A stretch of 64,000 nt of DNA from an uncultured Planctomycetaceae bacterium. GTDB lineage: Bacteria; Planctomycetota; Planctomycetia; Isosphaerales; Isosphaeraceae. Location of the stretch: the NCBI GenBank assembly GCA_963833985.1, contig CAWIAD010000001.1:1376001-1440000 (forward strand), read 5' to 3'. Under the pieces are notes generated by a model, which had not been told where the DNA came from, searched no databases, and saw only the letters and a list, made by a program, of their open reading frames with translations. The position numbers were made by a program, and so were the translations under genes. This document shows positions 9,844-19,867 of the stretch, piece after piece. The first letter of the stretch is position 1. Each line of letters begins with the position of its first letter.

Positions 9844-12674
9844 CTATCCCTTGGCGATCAGGGCCGACACGGCGGTGCGCTGGGATTCGAGGTCGGCCAG
9901 CCTGGTCCGCTGGCTCTCGACCACCTCGGCTGGGGCGCGTGAGAGGAATGCCTCGTTCCCGAGCTTGGCCTGAAGCGGGCCGATCTGGCGTTCCAGGTCG
10001 GTGAGCGTCTTGCGCAGGCGTTCCAGCTCGGCTTTCCTGTCGATCAGGCCTGCGAGCGGCAGGATGATCTCGGCGTCGGCCAGAACGGTGATGGCGGCAT
10101 CGGCGGGTCGGGCCGGATCCGCGGTGATGGTGACATCGGCCGCGTTGGTAAGGCTCTTCAGGAACGCCTCCCCCTGACGCAGGCGATCGGCGACGATGCC
10201 TTCCGCCACGATCCGCGGCGCGATGCGCGCCTCCTTGGGGACATTGCGCTCGGCCTTCAGGTTCCGGAGCGCCTGGATCTTCTCCTGCCACTGGGCGACA
10301 GTCGCCCGCGCCTCGGGGTCGGTCCAGCCCAGGGGCACGGGCCAGGCGGCAATGCAGGCGCTCGGCTCGGCGGTCACCGGCTCGGGCAGCCCGCGCTCGG
10401 GTGCCAGCGCGCCGAGCGGCTGCCAGATCTGCTCCGTGAGGAAGGGCATCACAGGGTGCAGCAAGCGGCAGAGGGTGTCCAGGGTGGCGGCCAGCACGCG
10501 CTGGGCCACGGGCCGGGCGTCCGGGTCGCGGAGCCTCGACTTGATGAACTCCACGTACCAGTCGCAGAACTCGCTCCAGGTGAATTCGCGGAGCCGGCGG
10601 GTCGCGTCCGAGAAGCGGAAGGCTTCCAGGTCGGCGGTGGTCTCGGCGATGACCTCGTCCAGCCCCGCCAGGATCCAGCGGTCCTCGATCGGCAGGGTTG
10701 CCAGCTTGAGCGGAGCCGGCGCATACCCCTCCAGGTTCATCATGGCGAAGCGGGCGACGTTCCAGAACTTGTTCGCGAAGTTGCGGCCCTGCTCGAACCG
10801 CTCCGAGGTGTTGATGGTGCGGCCATCGGGCAGCTTCAGCTTCTCGACGGGCATGCGCAGGTCCTGCGTCTCGGTGGCGCCCAGGGCGAGGGTGTACCGC
10901 AAGGCGTCGGCGCCATAGATCTCGATGATGTCCACCGGGTCGACACCGTTGCCGGCCGACTTGGACATCCGCTTGCCCTGGCCGTCCTGGATGACCGGGT
11001 GGATATAGACGTCGCGGAACGGCACGTCGCGCATGTTGAACTGCCCGAAGATGACCATCCGGGCTACCCAGAGCGTGATGATGTCGCGGGCCGTGGAGAG
11101 CACGCTGGTGGGATAGCAGCGCCCCAGCTCGGGCGTCGCGGCGGGCCATCCCAGCGTGGAGTGCGGCCAGAGTGCGCTGCTGAACCAGGTGTCAAGCACG
11201 TCGGGATCGCGAACGAAGCCCAGGTGTTCCAGCGCGCTGACGAGGTTGGGCTGCTCGTCAGGGTCCTGAATGCAGGCGTATGCCACGTCGTCTTCGATTG
11301 TGTACCAGACCAGGTCGCCGGTGGCCGGGTCGGCGTCGGAGCCGGTTTTCATGTCCTTCAGCCGGCTGGAGACGGGGCCCGGATTGTCGAGCCGCCAGAT
11401 CGGGATCTGGTGCCCCCACCAGAGCTGGCGGCTGATGCACCAGTCGCGCTTCTCGGCCAGCCAGTCAAGGTAGCTGCGGGCGTACCGCTCGGGGTGAATC
11501 CGCACCTGGCCCGACGTCACGGCATCCATGGCCTGCTGGGCGAACCCGGGGCTGCCGTCGGGCTCGTCGCCCATGCGGATGAACCACTGGTCAGAGCGGA
11601 TCGGTTCGATGGCCGTCTTGGAGCGGTCGGAGTGTCCCTGCCGCAGCAGGTGCGGGTCCACGCGTTCCAGCAGCCCTTGCAGCTTGAGGTCCTCGACGAC
11701 GCGCTTGCGGACGACGTAGCGGTCCAGCCCCGCGTACTTGCCGGCCGCCTCGTTGAAGGTGCCGTCGGGGTTCATCAGGTCGATGATCGGCAGATTGTTG
11801 CGCTGGCCGGCCTGGTAGTCGTTCGGGTCGTGACCGGGGGTAACCTTCACGCAGCCGGTGCCGAACGCCGGGTCGACAAGTACGGGATCGGCGATGATGG
11901 GGATCTGCCGGCCCGTCAACGGCAACTCGGCCTGCTTGCCGATGAGGTGCTGGTAGCGCGGATCTTCGGGATGGACGGCAACGGCCGTGTCGCCGAGCAT
12001 GGTCTCGGGGCGCGTGGTCGCCACGTGCAGGACGTCATCGGAGCCCGCGATCGGGTACTTGATGGTCCAGAGGTGGCCGTTCATCTCTTCATAGTAGATC
12101 TCGTCGTCGGCCACGGCGGTGCGGAGCTGGGTGTCCCAGTTCACCAGCCGCTTGCCGCGGAAGATCTTGCCGGCCTTGAAGAGGTTGAAGAAGGTGCGCC
12201 GGACTCGCGCGAGCAGCCCTCGTCGAGCGTGAACCGCGTGCGCTCCCAGTCGCACGAGCAGCCCATGAGCCGAAGCTGGCTGAGGATCCGCTTCTCGTAC
12301 TCGTCCTTCCAGGCCCAGATGCGCTCGACCAGGGCGGGGCGGCCAAGGTCGTGTCGGGTCTTCTTCTCCTCCTCGAAGAGCCGCTTCTCGACGACCGCCT
12401 GGGTGGCGATGCCGGCGTGGTCGGTGCCGGGCATCCAGAGGCAGTCGAAGCCCTGCATCCGCCGCCAGCGGACCAGCACGTCCTGGAGCGTGTTGTTCAG
12501 CGCATGACCCAGGTGCAGGGCGCCTGTGACGTTGGGCGGCGGGATCACGATGCAGTAGGGCGGCCTGTCGCTGGCCGGGTCGGCATGGAAGTACCCGCGT
12601 TCCAGCCAGTGCGCATACCAGCGCTCCTGGGCTTGCCTGGGATCATACTGCTTGGGAATGTCTTGACTGTTCAT
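9844..12674 (-). CDS. valS: Valine-tRNA ligase (1-nt indel near 12205)
   Basis: PPPNVTGALHLGHAL, DVLDTWFSS, RMSKS, C-terminal coiled coil; split over two frames. Confidence 0.95.
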
Positions 12675-12729
12675 GGTGCTCCAGCGCCGTTCCGCGATCT
12701 CAGGTCCTCATGCCCGTCCGCGTGTCTCG

Positions 12730-13230
12730 CTACCATTGCGGCTTCTGACCGGCTTCGGGCTGAAGGGCCTGGGCCAGGTAGCTCATCTGGCCAAGGTGGT
12801 TGTTCATGTGTGCCGCGCACACCAGCAGCAAGCCCAGTCGCGTCCGGATCGGCACGTTGTGCTCGACCGCGACCTGAAATCCCGCGTCGTCGAGCGATTG
12901 CAAGGTCTGCACGACCATCGCCACGGCCTGGTGGAACGAGCTCAAAAGCTCGTTCAGCGGGGGATTCGTCGCGTCGGTGAACTCCTTTTCTCGCTCGCGC
13001 ACGTAGCCGGTGCCGGCGATGGCGGCACCGACGTAATGGTTCAGGTTGCCGGTGAGGTGCAGGACCAGGTGGCCGATGCTGTTGCCGAAAGGAAAGGGCT
13101 TCGTCCACAGCGCGGTCTCCGGGACGGCCCGGGCAAAGTGCTCCACGCGCTGGGCCATGTGCTCGAAGTAGCGCGAGAAATCCTCGGCGATCGACTGGGC
13201 GAGCTCGGACCTGGTCTCGGATTGGCTCAT
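12730..13230 (-). CDS. DinB/DUF1572-family protein
   Basis: NSIGHLVLHLTGNL, R.RE.EF, H..NH.GQ. Confidence 0.8.
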   Translation of the reverse strand: MSQSETRSELAQSIAEDFSRYFEHMAQRVEHFARAVPETALWTKPFPFGNSIGHLVLHLTGNLNHYVGAAIAGTGYVREREKEFTDATNPPLNELLSSFHQAVAMVVQTLQSLDDAGFQVAVEHNVPIRTRLGLLLVCAAHMNNHLGQMSYLAQALQPEAGQKPQW

Positions 13231-13272
13231 GATGAGACTCCCGGAAAGAGAAACAACCGGCGCACCGGCCCG

Positions 13273-14880
13273 TTATTGCGCGGCCTCGACTTCCATCTTG
13301 ACCTTGCCGCCTGCCTGTGCGCGCGCATCACGCGAGAGCTTGTACTCGAAGGCGTCGATGAGTGCCAGCCAGCTTGCCTCGATGACATTTTCGGAGACGC
13401 CGATGGTGCCCCAGACGGAGTCGTGGTCGCGGCTCTCGATGATTACCCGCACCCGCGCGGCGGTGCCGGCACGGGCGTTGATCACCCGCACCTTGTAGTC
13501 GGCCAGGTGCATCTCGCGGAGCCGCGGGTAATGCCTTTCAAGGGCCTTCCGGAGCGCACCATCAAGGGCGTTCACCGGTCCGTCGCCCTCGCTCACGGTG
13601 TGCTGGAGCTCATCGCCGACGAGCAGCTTGATGGTTGCCTCGGTGAGCGGCTCTCGCCCTGTCTTGCCGGAGGCGCTGACGTGAAATCCAAGCTGCTTGA
13701 ACCAGTCATTCCGCCGGCCGGCGAGACGATCCACCAGCAGCACGAACGAGGCCTCGGCGGCCTCGAACTGGTAGCCCTCGTTTTCCAGCTCCTGGACGCG
13801 GTCGAGAACCCGCGCCAGCAGGGGCGCATCCTGTTCCAGGCCGTACTCGGCCAGCTTCTCGGCGATGTTCGACTTACCGGAGAGCTCACTCACCAGCACC
13901 CGGCGCTCATTGCCCACGGTCTCGGGCTCGATATGCTCGTAGCTGGCGGCGATGCGCCGGACGCCGTGGACGTGCATGCCCCCCTTGTGCGCGAAGGCGC
14001 TGGAACCGACGAACGGCTGGCCGGGCCGGAAGTTCATGTTGGCCGTCTCGTAGACAAACCGCGAAACCTCGGTGAGGTGGATCAGCTTCCCCGGGAGGAG
14101 AACCTGGTGGTCCCGGTACTTGAGGGCCAGGTTGGCGACGATGCTGCACAGGTCGGCATTGCCGCATCGTTCGCCCAGGCCGTTGATCGTGCCCTGGACC
14201 TGCCGTGCCCCGCAGCGCACGGCCGCCAGCGCGTTGGCGACGGCCAGCTCGCCATCGTTGTGGGTGTGGATGCCCAGCGGCACCGAGATCTCCCGCGCGA
14301 CCTGCCGCACCGTCTCGGCAATCTCCTCGGGAAGTGAGCCGCCGTTGGTGTCGCAGAGCACGATCCAGGAAGCGCCGGCCTGTGCGGCCGAGCTCAGCGT
14401 TTCCACGGCATAGTCCGGGTTCTGCTTGAAACCGTCGAAGAGGTGCTCGGCGTCGTAGACGACCTCGGAAACCTGTGCAGCGCAGTAAGCCACCGAATCG
14501 GCGATCATGCGCAGGTTCTCTTCAAGAGAGACTCCGAGCACCTCGCGGACATGCAGGTCCCACGACTTGCCGACGATGGTCACCACCGGCGTGCGGGCGG
14601 CGATCAGTGCTTGCATGCCCTGGTCGTCCTCCGCGGCCACATCCCGCCGCCTGGTCATACCGAAGGCGGCGACCCTGGCTTGCTGGAGCGAGAGGTCGCG
14701 CACGGCATGGAAATAGGAGGCATCCTTGGGGTTGGAAAGCGGATAGCCTCCCTCGATATAGTCGACGCCCAGCTCATCGAGGCGGGAGGTGATGAGCAGC
14801 TTGTCCTGGAGCGAGAAGTTGACGCCCTCGCCCTGGCTGCCGTCTCGCAAGGTGGTGTCGTAAATGGCAATTCGTGTCAT
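13273..14880 (-). CDS. cimA: Citramalate synthase
   Basis: DTTLRDGSQGEG, IVGKSWDLHV, HTHND, AFAHKGGMH, GDGPVNALD. Confidence 0.9.
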   Translation of the reverse strand: MTRIAIYDTTLRDGSQGEGVNFSLQDKLLITSRLDELGVDYIEGGYPLSNPKDASYFHAVRDLSLQQARVAAFGMTRRRDVAAEDDQGMQALIAARTPVVTIVGKSWDLHVREVLGVSLEENLRMIADSVAYCAAQVSEVVYDAEHLFDGFKQNPDYAVETLSSAAQAGASWIVLCDTNGGSLPEEIAETVRQVAREISVPLGIHTHNDGELAVANALAAVRCGARQVQGTINGLGERCGNADLCSIVANLALKYRDHQVLLPGKLIHLTEVSRFVYETANMNFRPGQPFVGSSAFAHKGGMHVHGVRRIAASYEHIEPETVGNERRVLVSELSGKSNIAEKLAEYGLEQDAPLLARVLDRVQELENEGYQFEAAEASFVLLVDRLAGRRNDWFKQLGFHVSASGKTGREPLTEATIKLLVGDELQHTVSEGDGPVNALDGALRKALERHYPRLREMHLADYKVRVINARAGTAARVRVIIESRDHDSVWGTIGVSENVIEASWLALIDAFEYKLSRDARAQAGGKVKMEVEAAQ

Positions 14881-15071
14881 GTCGAACCGATCCGCATGCG
14901 CAAGGAGACCGTGGCCCGAGCGGCCCTGGATTGTGCCTCGATTCTACCAGACGGCAGCCCGGTTAAACGACATTCCGACAGTCGGATCGTTCCCGAGGTT
15001 CAAGCGGTCGATCGGTCTGCGCGGAAAGAAGGCCGGCACCCGGCCTCGCAAGGTCAGAGAGGAAGACCCAG

Positions 15072-15761
15072 GTGGCCGCAACCATTGAAGACCTCTACGA
15101 AGCGATCAGGACGAGCGCGCGGAGCTCGGCGTTTCCCGTCGACGCGGAAGTGTACGAGCGGTTTCACAAGGATCCCTGCCAGCCCATCCTGCATGCCGGT
15201 GCGCTCGATGCTCCGGTCTGCATCTTCGGTCGCGACCTGGGGAAGGATGAAGTCAGGCTGGGGCAGCCCTTGATCGGAGCCGGTGGCAAGCTGGTCAGAC
15301 AGGGGCTCCAGCAGTCCTTCGAGGCGGAGACAGCACCCACGTCGAATGCCGATTTGCTGGCGCCGCCACGCCATGCGCTGTTGACCAACACGGTTCCTTA
15401 CAAGCCGCCCGGCAACAAGGCGTACTCCGCCGCTGTCAAGGAACGTTTCCGACCCTTCGTGATCGAGCTGCTCACGCACTTCTGGAGCGGAAGCCACATC
15501 ATCACGCTGGGAACCGAGGCGTTCCAGTGGTTTGAACCTTACGGCGACCCGCAGGCATTCAGTGCGCTCGGCCGCACCGACGAACGGTTCGAATCCATCT
15601 TCGACTGCCGTTTGACGACGGCACGAGATGATGCTCGCGATGATTCAGGCAAGCATGTGTTGGTGATGCCGCTTCCGCACCCCTCCCCACTGAACCGCCG
15701 CTGGCTACCGCGGTTTCCGGCGATGCTCCGGGCACGATTAGCCCAGGTCCCGAGCCGCTGA
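15072..15761 (+). CDS. Uracil-DNA glycosylase superfamily protein
   Basis: GRDLGKDE..GQPLIG.GG, TNTVPYKPPGN, LPHPSPLN. Confidence 0.85.
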   Translation: MAATIEDLYEAIRTSARSSAFPVDAEVYERFHKDPCQPILHAGALDAPVCIFGRDLGKDEVRLGQPLIGAGGKLVRQGLQQSFEAETAPTSNADLLAPPRHALLTNTVPYKPPGNKAYSAAVKERFRPFVIELLTHFWSGSHIITLGTEAFQWFEPYGDPQAFSALGRTDERFESIFDCRLTTARDDARDDSGKHVLVMPLPHPSPLNRRWLPRFPAMLRARLAQVPSR

Positions 15762-15830
15762 GTTGCTTGCGAGTCGTGCTCGCGGGAAGAGCCGAACAGG
15801 CGACCGCGCCGATGAAAGTTCGAGCGAAAG

Positions 15831-15859
15831 TGCAACCGGGACTGCGCTGCCGGCATCTT
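15831..15859 (+). promoter_or_regulatory. Putative ECF-sigma promoter (autoregulatory)
   Basis: TGCAACCGGGG...CGGCATCT, repeated at 16521-16547. Confidence 0.5.
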
Positions 15860-15891
15860 CTTTCATGGGGGGACAACAACGAGGCCGAAAG

Positions 15892-16536
15892 ATGCACGTC
15901 ACGGAGAATCTCGAAATCGGATCGTGCCGGGCCGCGAGTGCCGCTGAGAACCGGGATGCTGCGACGGATCTCGACCTCGTTTCGCGTGCGCGGGACGGCG
16001 ATGCGGAGGCCTTCGGCGCTCTGTTCGAGCGGCACTATCCCCGGATCCTGGATTATCTCTACCGCCAGACCCTGCGTGTCGCCACCGCCGAGGACCTGAC
16101 CAGTAACACGTTCTACGCCGCCTTGCGCGGGCTGGGGAGGTTCCGCGGTGAGGCCCCGTTTCGCCTCTGGCTGTACCGGATCGCGACCAATGAGCTGCGG
16201 ATGTGGCGACGCGCCAGGCGCCGGCGTCCCGAGCCAGAGCGGCTGGACGCGGTCGATGAAGAGCTGGATCGCCTGTGCTGCGTGCGAGGCGACGTCGGGG
16301 AGGGCCTGGTGGAGCATGCCGAGCAGGCCAGGCAGTTCGCCAGGGTCCGCCGCGCCATGCTGCGGCTCGGCGAGCGCTACCAGGAGGTGCTCGTCCTGCG
16401 GTATTTCGAGGGGTTGGACAACGATCATGTCGCCCAGGTCCTGGGGAAGCGTGTGGGGACAGTGAAGTCGCTGGTGCACCGCGGGCTGGAACTGCTCAGG
16501 AGCATCCTCGGGCCGGGCGATGCAACCGGGGCGTAG
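15892..16536 (+). CDS. ECF RNA polymerase sigma factor
   Basis: AEDLTSNTF, FRLWLYRIATN, region 4 VGTVKSLVHRG. Confidence 0.9.
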   Translation: MHVTENLEIGSCRAASAAENRDAATDLDLVSRARDGDAEAFGALFERHYPRILDYLYRQTLRVATAEDLTSNTFYAALRGLGRFRGEAPFRLWLYRIATNELRMWRRARRRRPEPERLDAVDEELDRLCCVRGDVGEGLVEHAEQARQFARVRRAMLRLGERYQEVLVLRYFEGLDNDHVAQVLGKRVGTVKSLVHRGLELLRSILGPGDATGA

Positions 16537-16568
16537 CATCGGCATCTCTTTTTGCAGGGGCGACGGTC

Positions 16569-17537
16569 ATGGCAAGCGACAGCCGGGACATCGAGCGGAT
16601 GCTGGAGCAGGTTGAGCTGCCGCGCGTCGTTACGGGAGTCCACCGCGATCGCCTCCGGGAGGATCTTCTTCGAGCGGATGCACGGGGCCTTGACGGGCGC
16701 GAGGGCGTCCGGCGGGCCACTGCATGGAGGTGGATCTTGATGGGATATCGATCGAACTTACTGGCGGTGCGGCTGGCGTGGGCCTGCGCCGCGATCCTCT
16801 TGATGGCGGCCGTAACCTGGGGGGCTGGGCAGGTGGTTCAACGAGCGCGGAAGAGCTATATTGCATACGCTGGACCCCAGTCGCCGCCCATCCAGGTCCG
16901 GACACCGGAGGGTGAAACGAGATTCGTCGGCTCGTACTCGGTGACCGTCGCCTCGGACGATGCGAATTTCAACGAGGCGGATGCCCGACGTCAGTTCGAG
17001 CTCATCTCCCGTGCACAAGCCACGGGCAAGGCGGCGGTCGTCAAGAGCCGGGAGACGGACTTCGGGACGGTCGTGACCTACCAGGTCAAGCTCGACGATG
17101 GCCGCGTGGTCACATGGAACGGCAGCCCGGAAGACGTGATGACGCCCGAGCAACGAGCGGAACGACAGAAGCAGATGGCCGAACTGCTCGCCGCCAGAAG
17201 GTTCCAGTTCGTCCGCAAGTTCACCACGCCGGACGGCGTGACGATGTACAACTACCGCGTCCGGCTGCCCGACGGCACGAACGTTCCCTACAACAGCCTC
17301 CTGCCGGACCACGACCCAGAGAGGGCGAAGCAGCTCCGGCAGGAGATTGATCGGGCGAAGGATCAGCACCAGGGGACCTTGGCCGGCGTGATCGAACCGT
17401 TGAAGGGCGTGGCCGTGCCCAGGGGGATGGAGCCGCCCGGTTCCACGAAGCTGTACACGTACAAGGTGAAGCTTTCGAACGGGGACACTTCGATGTACTC
17501 CACCCCCGACCCGCCCGCGAAGGAGGACGCGAAGTAG
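16569..17537 (+). CDS. Putative anti-sigma factor, single TM, with three extracytoplasmic repeats
   Basis: Follows ECF gene; TM segment; YQVKLDDG/YRVRLPDG/YKVKLSNG repeats. Confidence 0.6.
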   Translation: MASDSRDIERMLEQVELPRVVTGVHRDRLREDLLRADARGLDGREGVRRATAWRWILMGYRSNLLAVRLAWACAAILLMAAVTWGAGQVVQRARKSYIAYAGPQSPPIQVRTPEGETRFVGSYSVTVASDDANFNEADARRQFELISRAQATGKAAVVKSRETDFGTVVTYQVKLDDGRVVTWNGSPEDVMTPEQRAERQKQMAELLAARRFQFVRKFTTPDGVTMYNYRVRLPDGTNVPYNSLLPDHDPERAKQLRQEIDRAKDQHQGTLAGVIEPLKGVAVPRGMEPPGSTKLYTYKVKLSNGDTSMYSTPDPPAKEDAK

Positions 17538-17730
17538 CCGCGGGCCGCGCCAGTGGATCGGCCTGTCAGACGGTTCGGCGGCGGGCCGCGGCCTGCGATG
17601 CACGAACCCTTTTGCTGCTCATCGATGCGGGCACGGACAGCCCGGGCGGGACCACTATCAGTGAGTTCCAGTCGGAGGCGGATCCCAGCGCCTCCTGGCC
17701 GAAGTGACCATGGAGCATGTCGGACTGAAC

Positions 17731-18407
17731 CAGGGCGATTGCACCATATAAGTCACGTTCTGACAACTCATGGCGTCGAAGGTGACCATAGCACCCGACA
17801 AATCGAGCATTTCCAGAAGCTTCGGAATCGCCGTGATCTCGTTAGCTCTTGGCGCCGCCGCCGACGTGTCCCGAAGAATGTGATTGGCGGTTGCCCAGGC
17901 ACTCACCATAGGAATGGCCGCCTTGTTGCTGGCCGTATCAAAGCTGCGTCGGAGCGTCTTCCCGTCGATGGCGATGCCTGACCGTCGGTGAATTCGTGTG
18001 AGGCCGTGATCCAGCTCAACAAACACTTCTCGAACTGCGCCGGTTTGATGGCCGCCAGGATCGCGTTGAAACGGTCATGCGGCGGGATACCGCTCCTCAA
18101 GTCCAGGAACCGTGCGAGCCCGTCGCGCTTGTTGGTCCCGAACCTCGCGATGGCGAAGAAATCATCCGCGCCACAGATCACCGCGCAGACTGCAATCACC
18201 TCCACATTGATCAGAGGATAGGCCACCTCACGGCGCCGCGGATCTGTAAGTTCCACGAAGTGATCCGCGATCCGGACCGACTTCGGCCTGGCCATGGCAC
18301 CGATTCCTGGCTCGCGCGATCTTCTCTGCCCTCGTTCTTTCGCAACAAGAGGAGAACTTGTGTATATCAAGACATGTCAAATTACCAATCATGACGCAAT
18401 CGCCCTG
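17731..18407 (-). mobile_element. Internally deleted ISAs1-family element
   Basis: Terminal IR CAGGGCGATTGC at both ends; 677 bp; only N-terminal transposase remains; no TSD seen. Confidence 0.8.
17755..18295 (-). pseudogene. ISAs1 transposase fragment
   Basis: LTDPRR..YPL..IAVCAVICGADD, GIPPHD, IAIDGKTLRRS, NEITAIPKLL, VTFDAM; frameshifted and truncated. Confidence 0.85.
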
Positions 18408-18832
18408 CCTGATGCGTTGTCGATGGCGTCAATCGACCCTGGCGGTGGTCTGGTGTCAGTCGACCATTACGACCTTGATTGCGGCTGGCCGCCATTTCTT
18501 GCCTGTGCCGGCGACCAGCGGTCACCTGGGGATGGGATGGGGTGCAGTCGTCTGTGATTCCCAAATCGCGCAGGTGGTGACTCATCTTGCCTGGGACCAA
18601 TCGTTGTTTGCGACCTGTCCTGTAGCGTGGGGGCGGTGCCCAACCTGCTGCACTGGCCCGTGGTCTTCGGAGCCCATGGGCCGTTTCACTTCTTCTTGCT
18701 GGCGGGTAGTCTGGCTGACTAGCTGTTCATTCTCAAGGTGGCCGTGCCGTTCGATCGGTAACCTTGAGCAGTCGGTGTGACCTGGCACGCGGCATTCTTT
18801 GCTTGTCTCGGTCGATCCCGAAGGAGCCGCTC

Positions 18833-19867
18833 ATGCCCAAAAGCCTCCGCCAGCACACGACCATGATTCTTGGCGGCCTATCCCTACGGCAGGTCGCCGT
18901 GGGGGTGTGGAAGCGGTTGGAGGCCCACGATGCCATGACCTGGGCGGCGGCCGTTGCCTTCTATGCGATGCTCGCCACCGTCCCGTTTCTGGCCCTTGTC
19001 CTGGTCGGCGTAGTGCTGCGGCTGCCCGACCTCTCGGGCACAGGCCGGCGAACGACGGGCTTCGGTCACCTCACGGTCGATCAGCTCGAGGCGACCCTGA
19101 GGTCGCTCTTTCCGAATGAAGCCTACGTGCTGGTCAGGGACCAGATTGCGCGCATCCAGGGAGAGCCTCCCCTGGCTCTGCTCTCCCTGGGCGCGGTGAT
19201 TGCGCTCTGGAGTGCGTCGAACCTGTTCCTGGTCGTCATCGACGCCCTGAATCGGACTTACGCCGTCAAGGAGACCCGATCGTTCGTGAAGCTTCGCCTC
19301 ACGGCGATGGCCATGACGCTCCTCCAGACGGCCTGTCTGCTCGGGTCGCTCGTGGCGATTGTCGCCTGGCCGCAGATTCTCAGGGTAATCGGTTGGGACC
19401 CCAATGGTGCGGTGGCATGGGTGGCGATGGCTATTCGGTGGTTTGCCGTCTTCCTGATGGTAGTCCTGAGCTTCGCTCTGACATTCCACGTCGGCCCCAA
19501 CATCCAGCATCGCTGGACCTGGGTCACGCCCGGAAGCCTGGCGGGAACGATCGCCTTCCTGGTCTTCTGTATCCTGTTCCGCCTCTACGTCCAGAACTTC
19601 GGCAGCTACAACAAGTCGTTGGGAGCGCTCGGAGGAGTCATGGTGCTGTTGTTCTGGTTCTGGGTCGTGGCGTTAGTGCTCCTGGGGGCGGCCGAAATGG
19701 ACAGGACGATCGAGGACGGTTGCAAGAACGGCGGGTCCCCGGCGATCGCCGTCCTGCTCAGCCAGTTGCCGCAGCCGCCGTCGTCATCGCCGGCGCCGGA
19801 ACCACCGCCACTGGAACCGCGGAAGTCGCCCTGGCCAGGATCTGGTCGCGGGCATCGGCCAGCGTAA
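18833..19867 (+). CDS. YihY/virulence factor BrkB family membrane protein
   Basis: AAAVAFYAML..PFL, ALNRTY.V.E.R, PGSL, YVQNFGSYN..GALGGV. Confidence 0.9.
   Translation: MPKSLRQHTTMILGGLSLRQVAVGVWKRLEAHDAMTWAAAVAFYAMLATVPFLALVLVGVVLRLPDLSGTGRRTTGFGHLTVDQLEATLRSLFPNEAYVLVRDQIARIQGEPPLALLSLGAVIALWSASNLFLVVIDALNRTYAVKETRSFVKLRLTAMAMTLLQTACLLGSLVAIVAWPQILRVIGWDPNGAVAWVAMAIRWFAVFLMVVLSFALTFHVGPNIQHRWTWVTPGSLAGTIAFLVFCILFRLYVQNFGSYNKSLGALGGVMVLLFWFWVVALVLLGAAEMDRTIEDGCKNGGSPAIAVLLSQLPQPPSSSPAPEPPPLEPRKSPWPGSGRGHRPA

Noticed and set aside
9844..12674. valS as pseudogene or programmed frameshift
   Set aside because: Essential gene, no slippery site, many similar indels in the window
10456..14337. 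Long antisense ORFs (683 aa, 554 aa; also 37706-39025, 56240-57853)
   Set aside because: Shadow frames of high-GC genes
18782..18798. Sigma54 promoter before yihY (CTGGCACG)
   Set aside because: -12 position reads TC rather than GC
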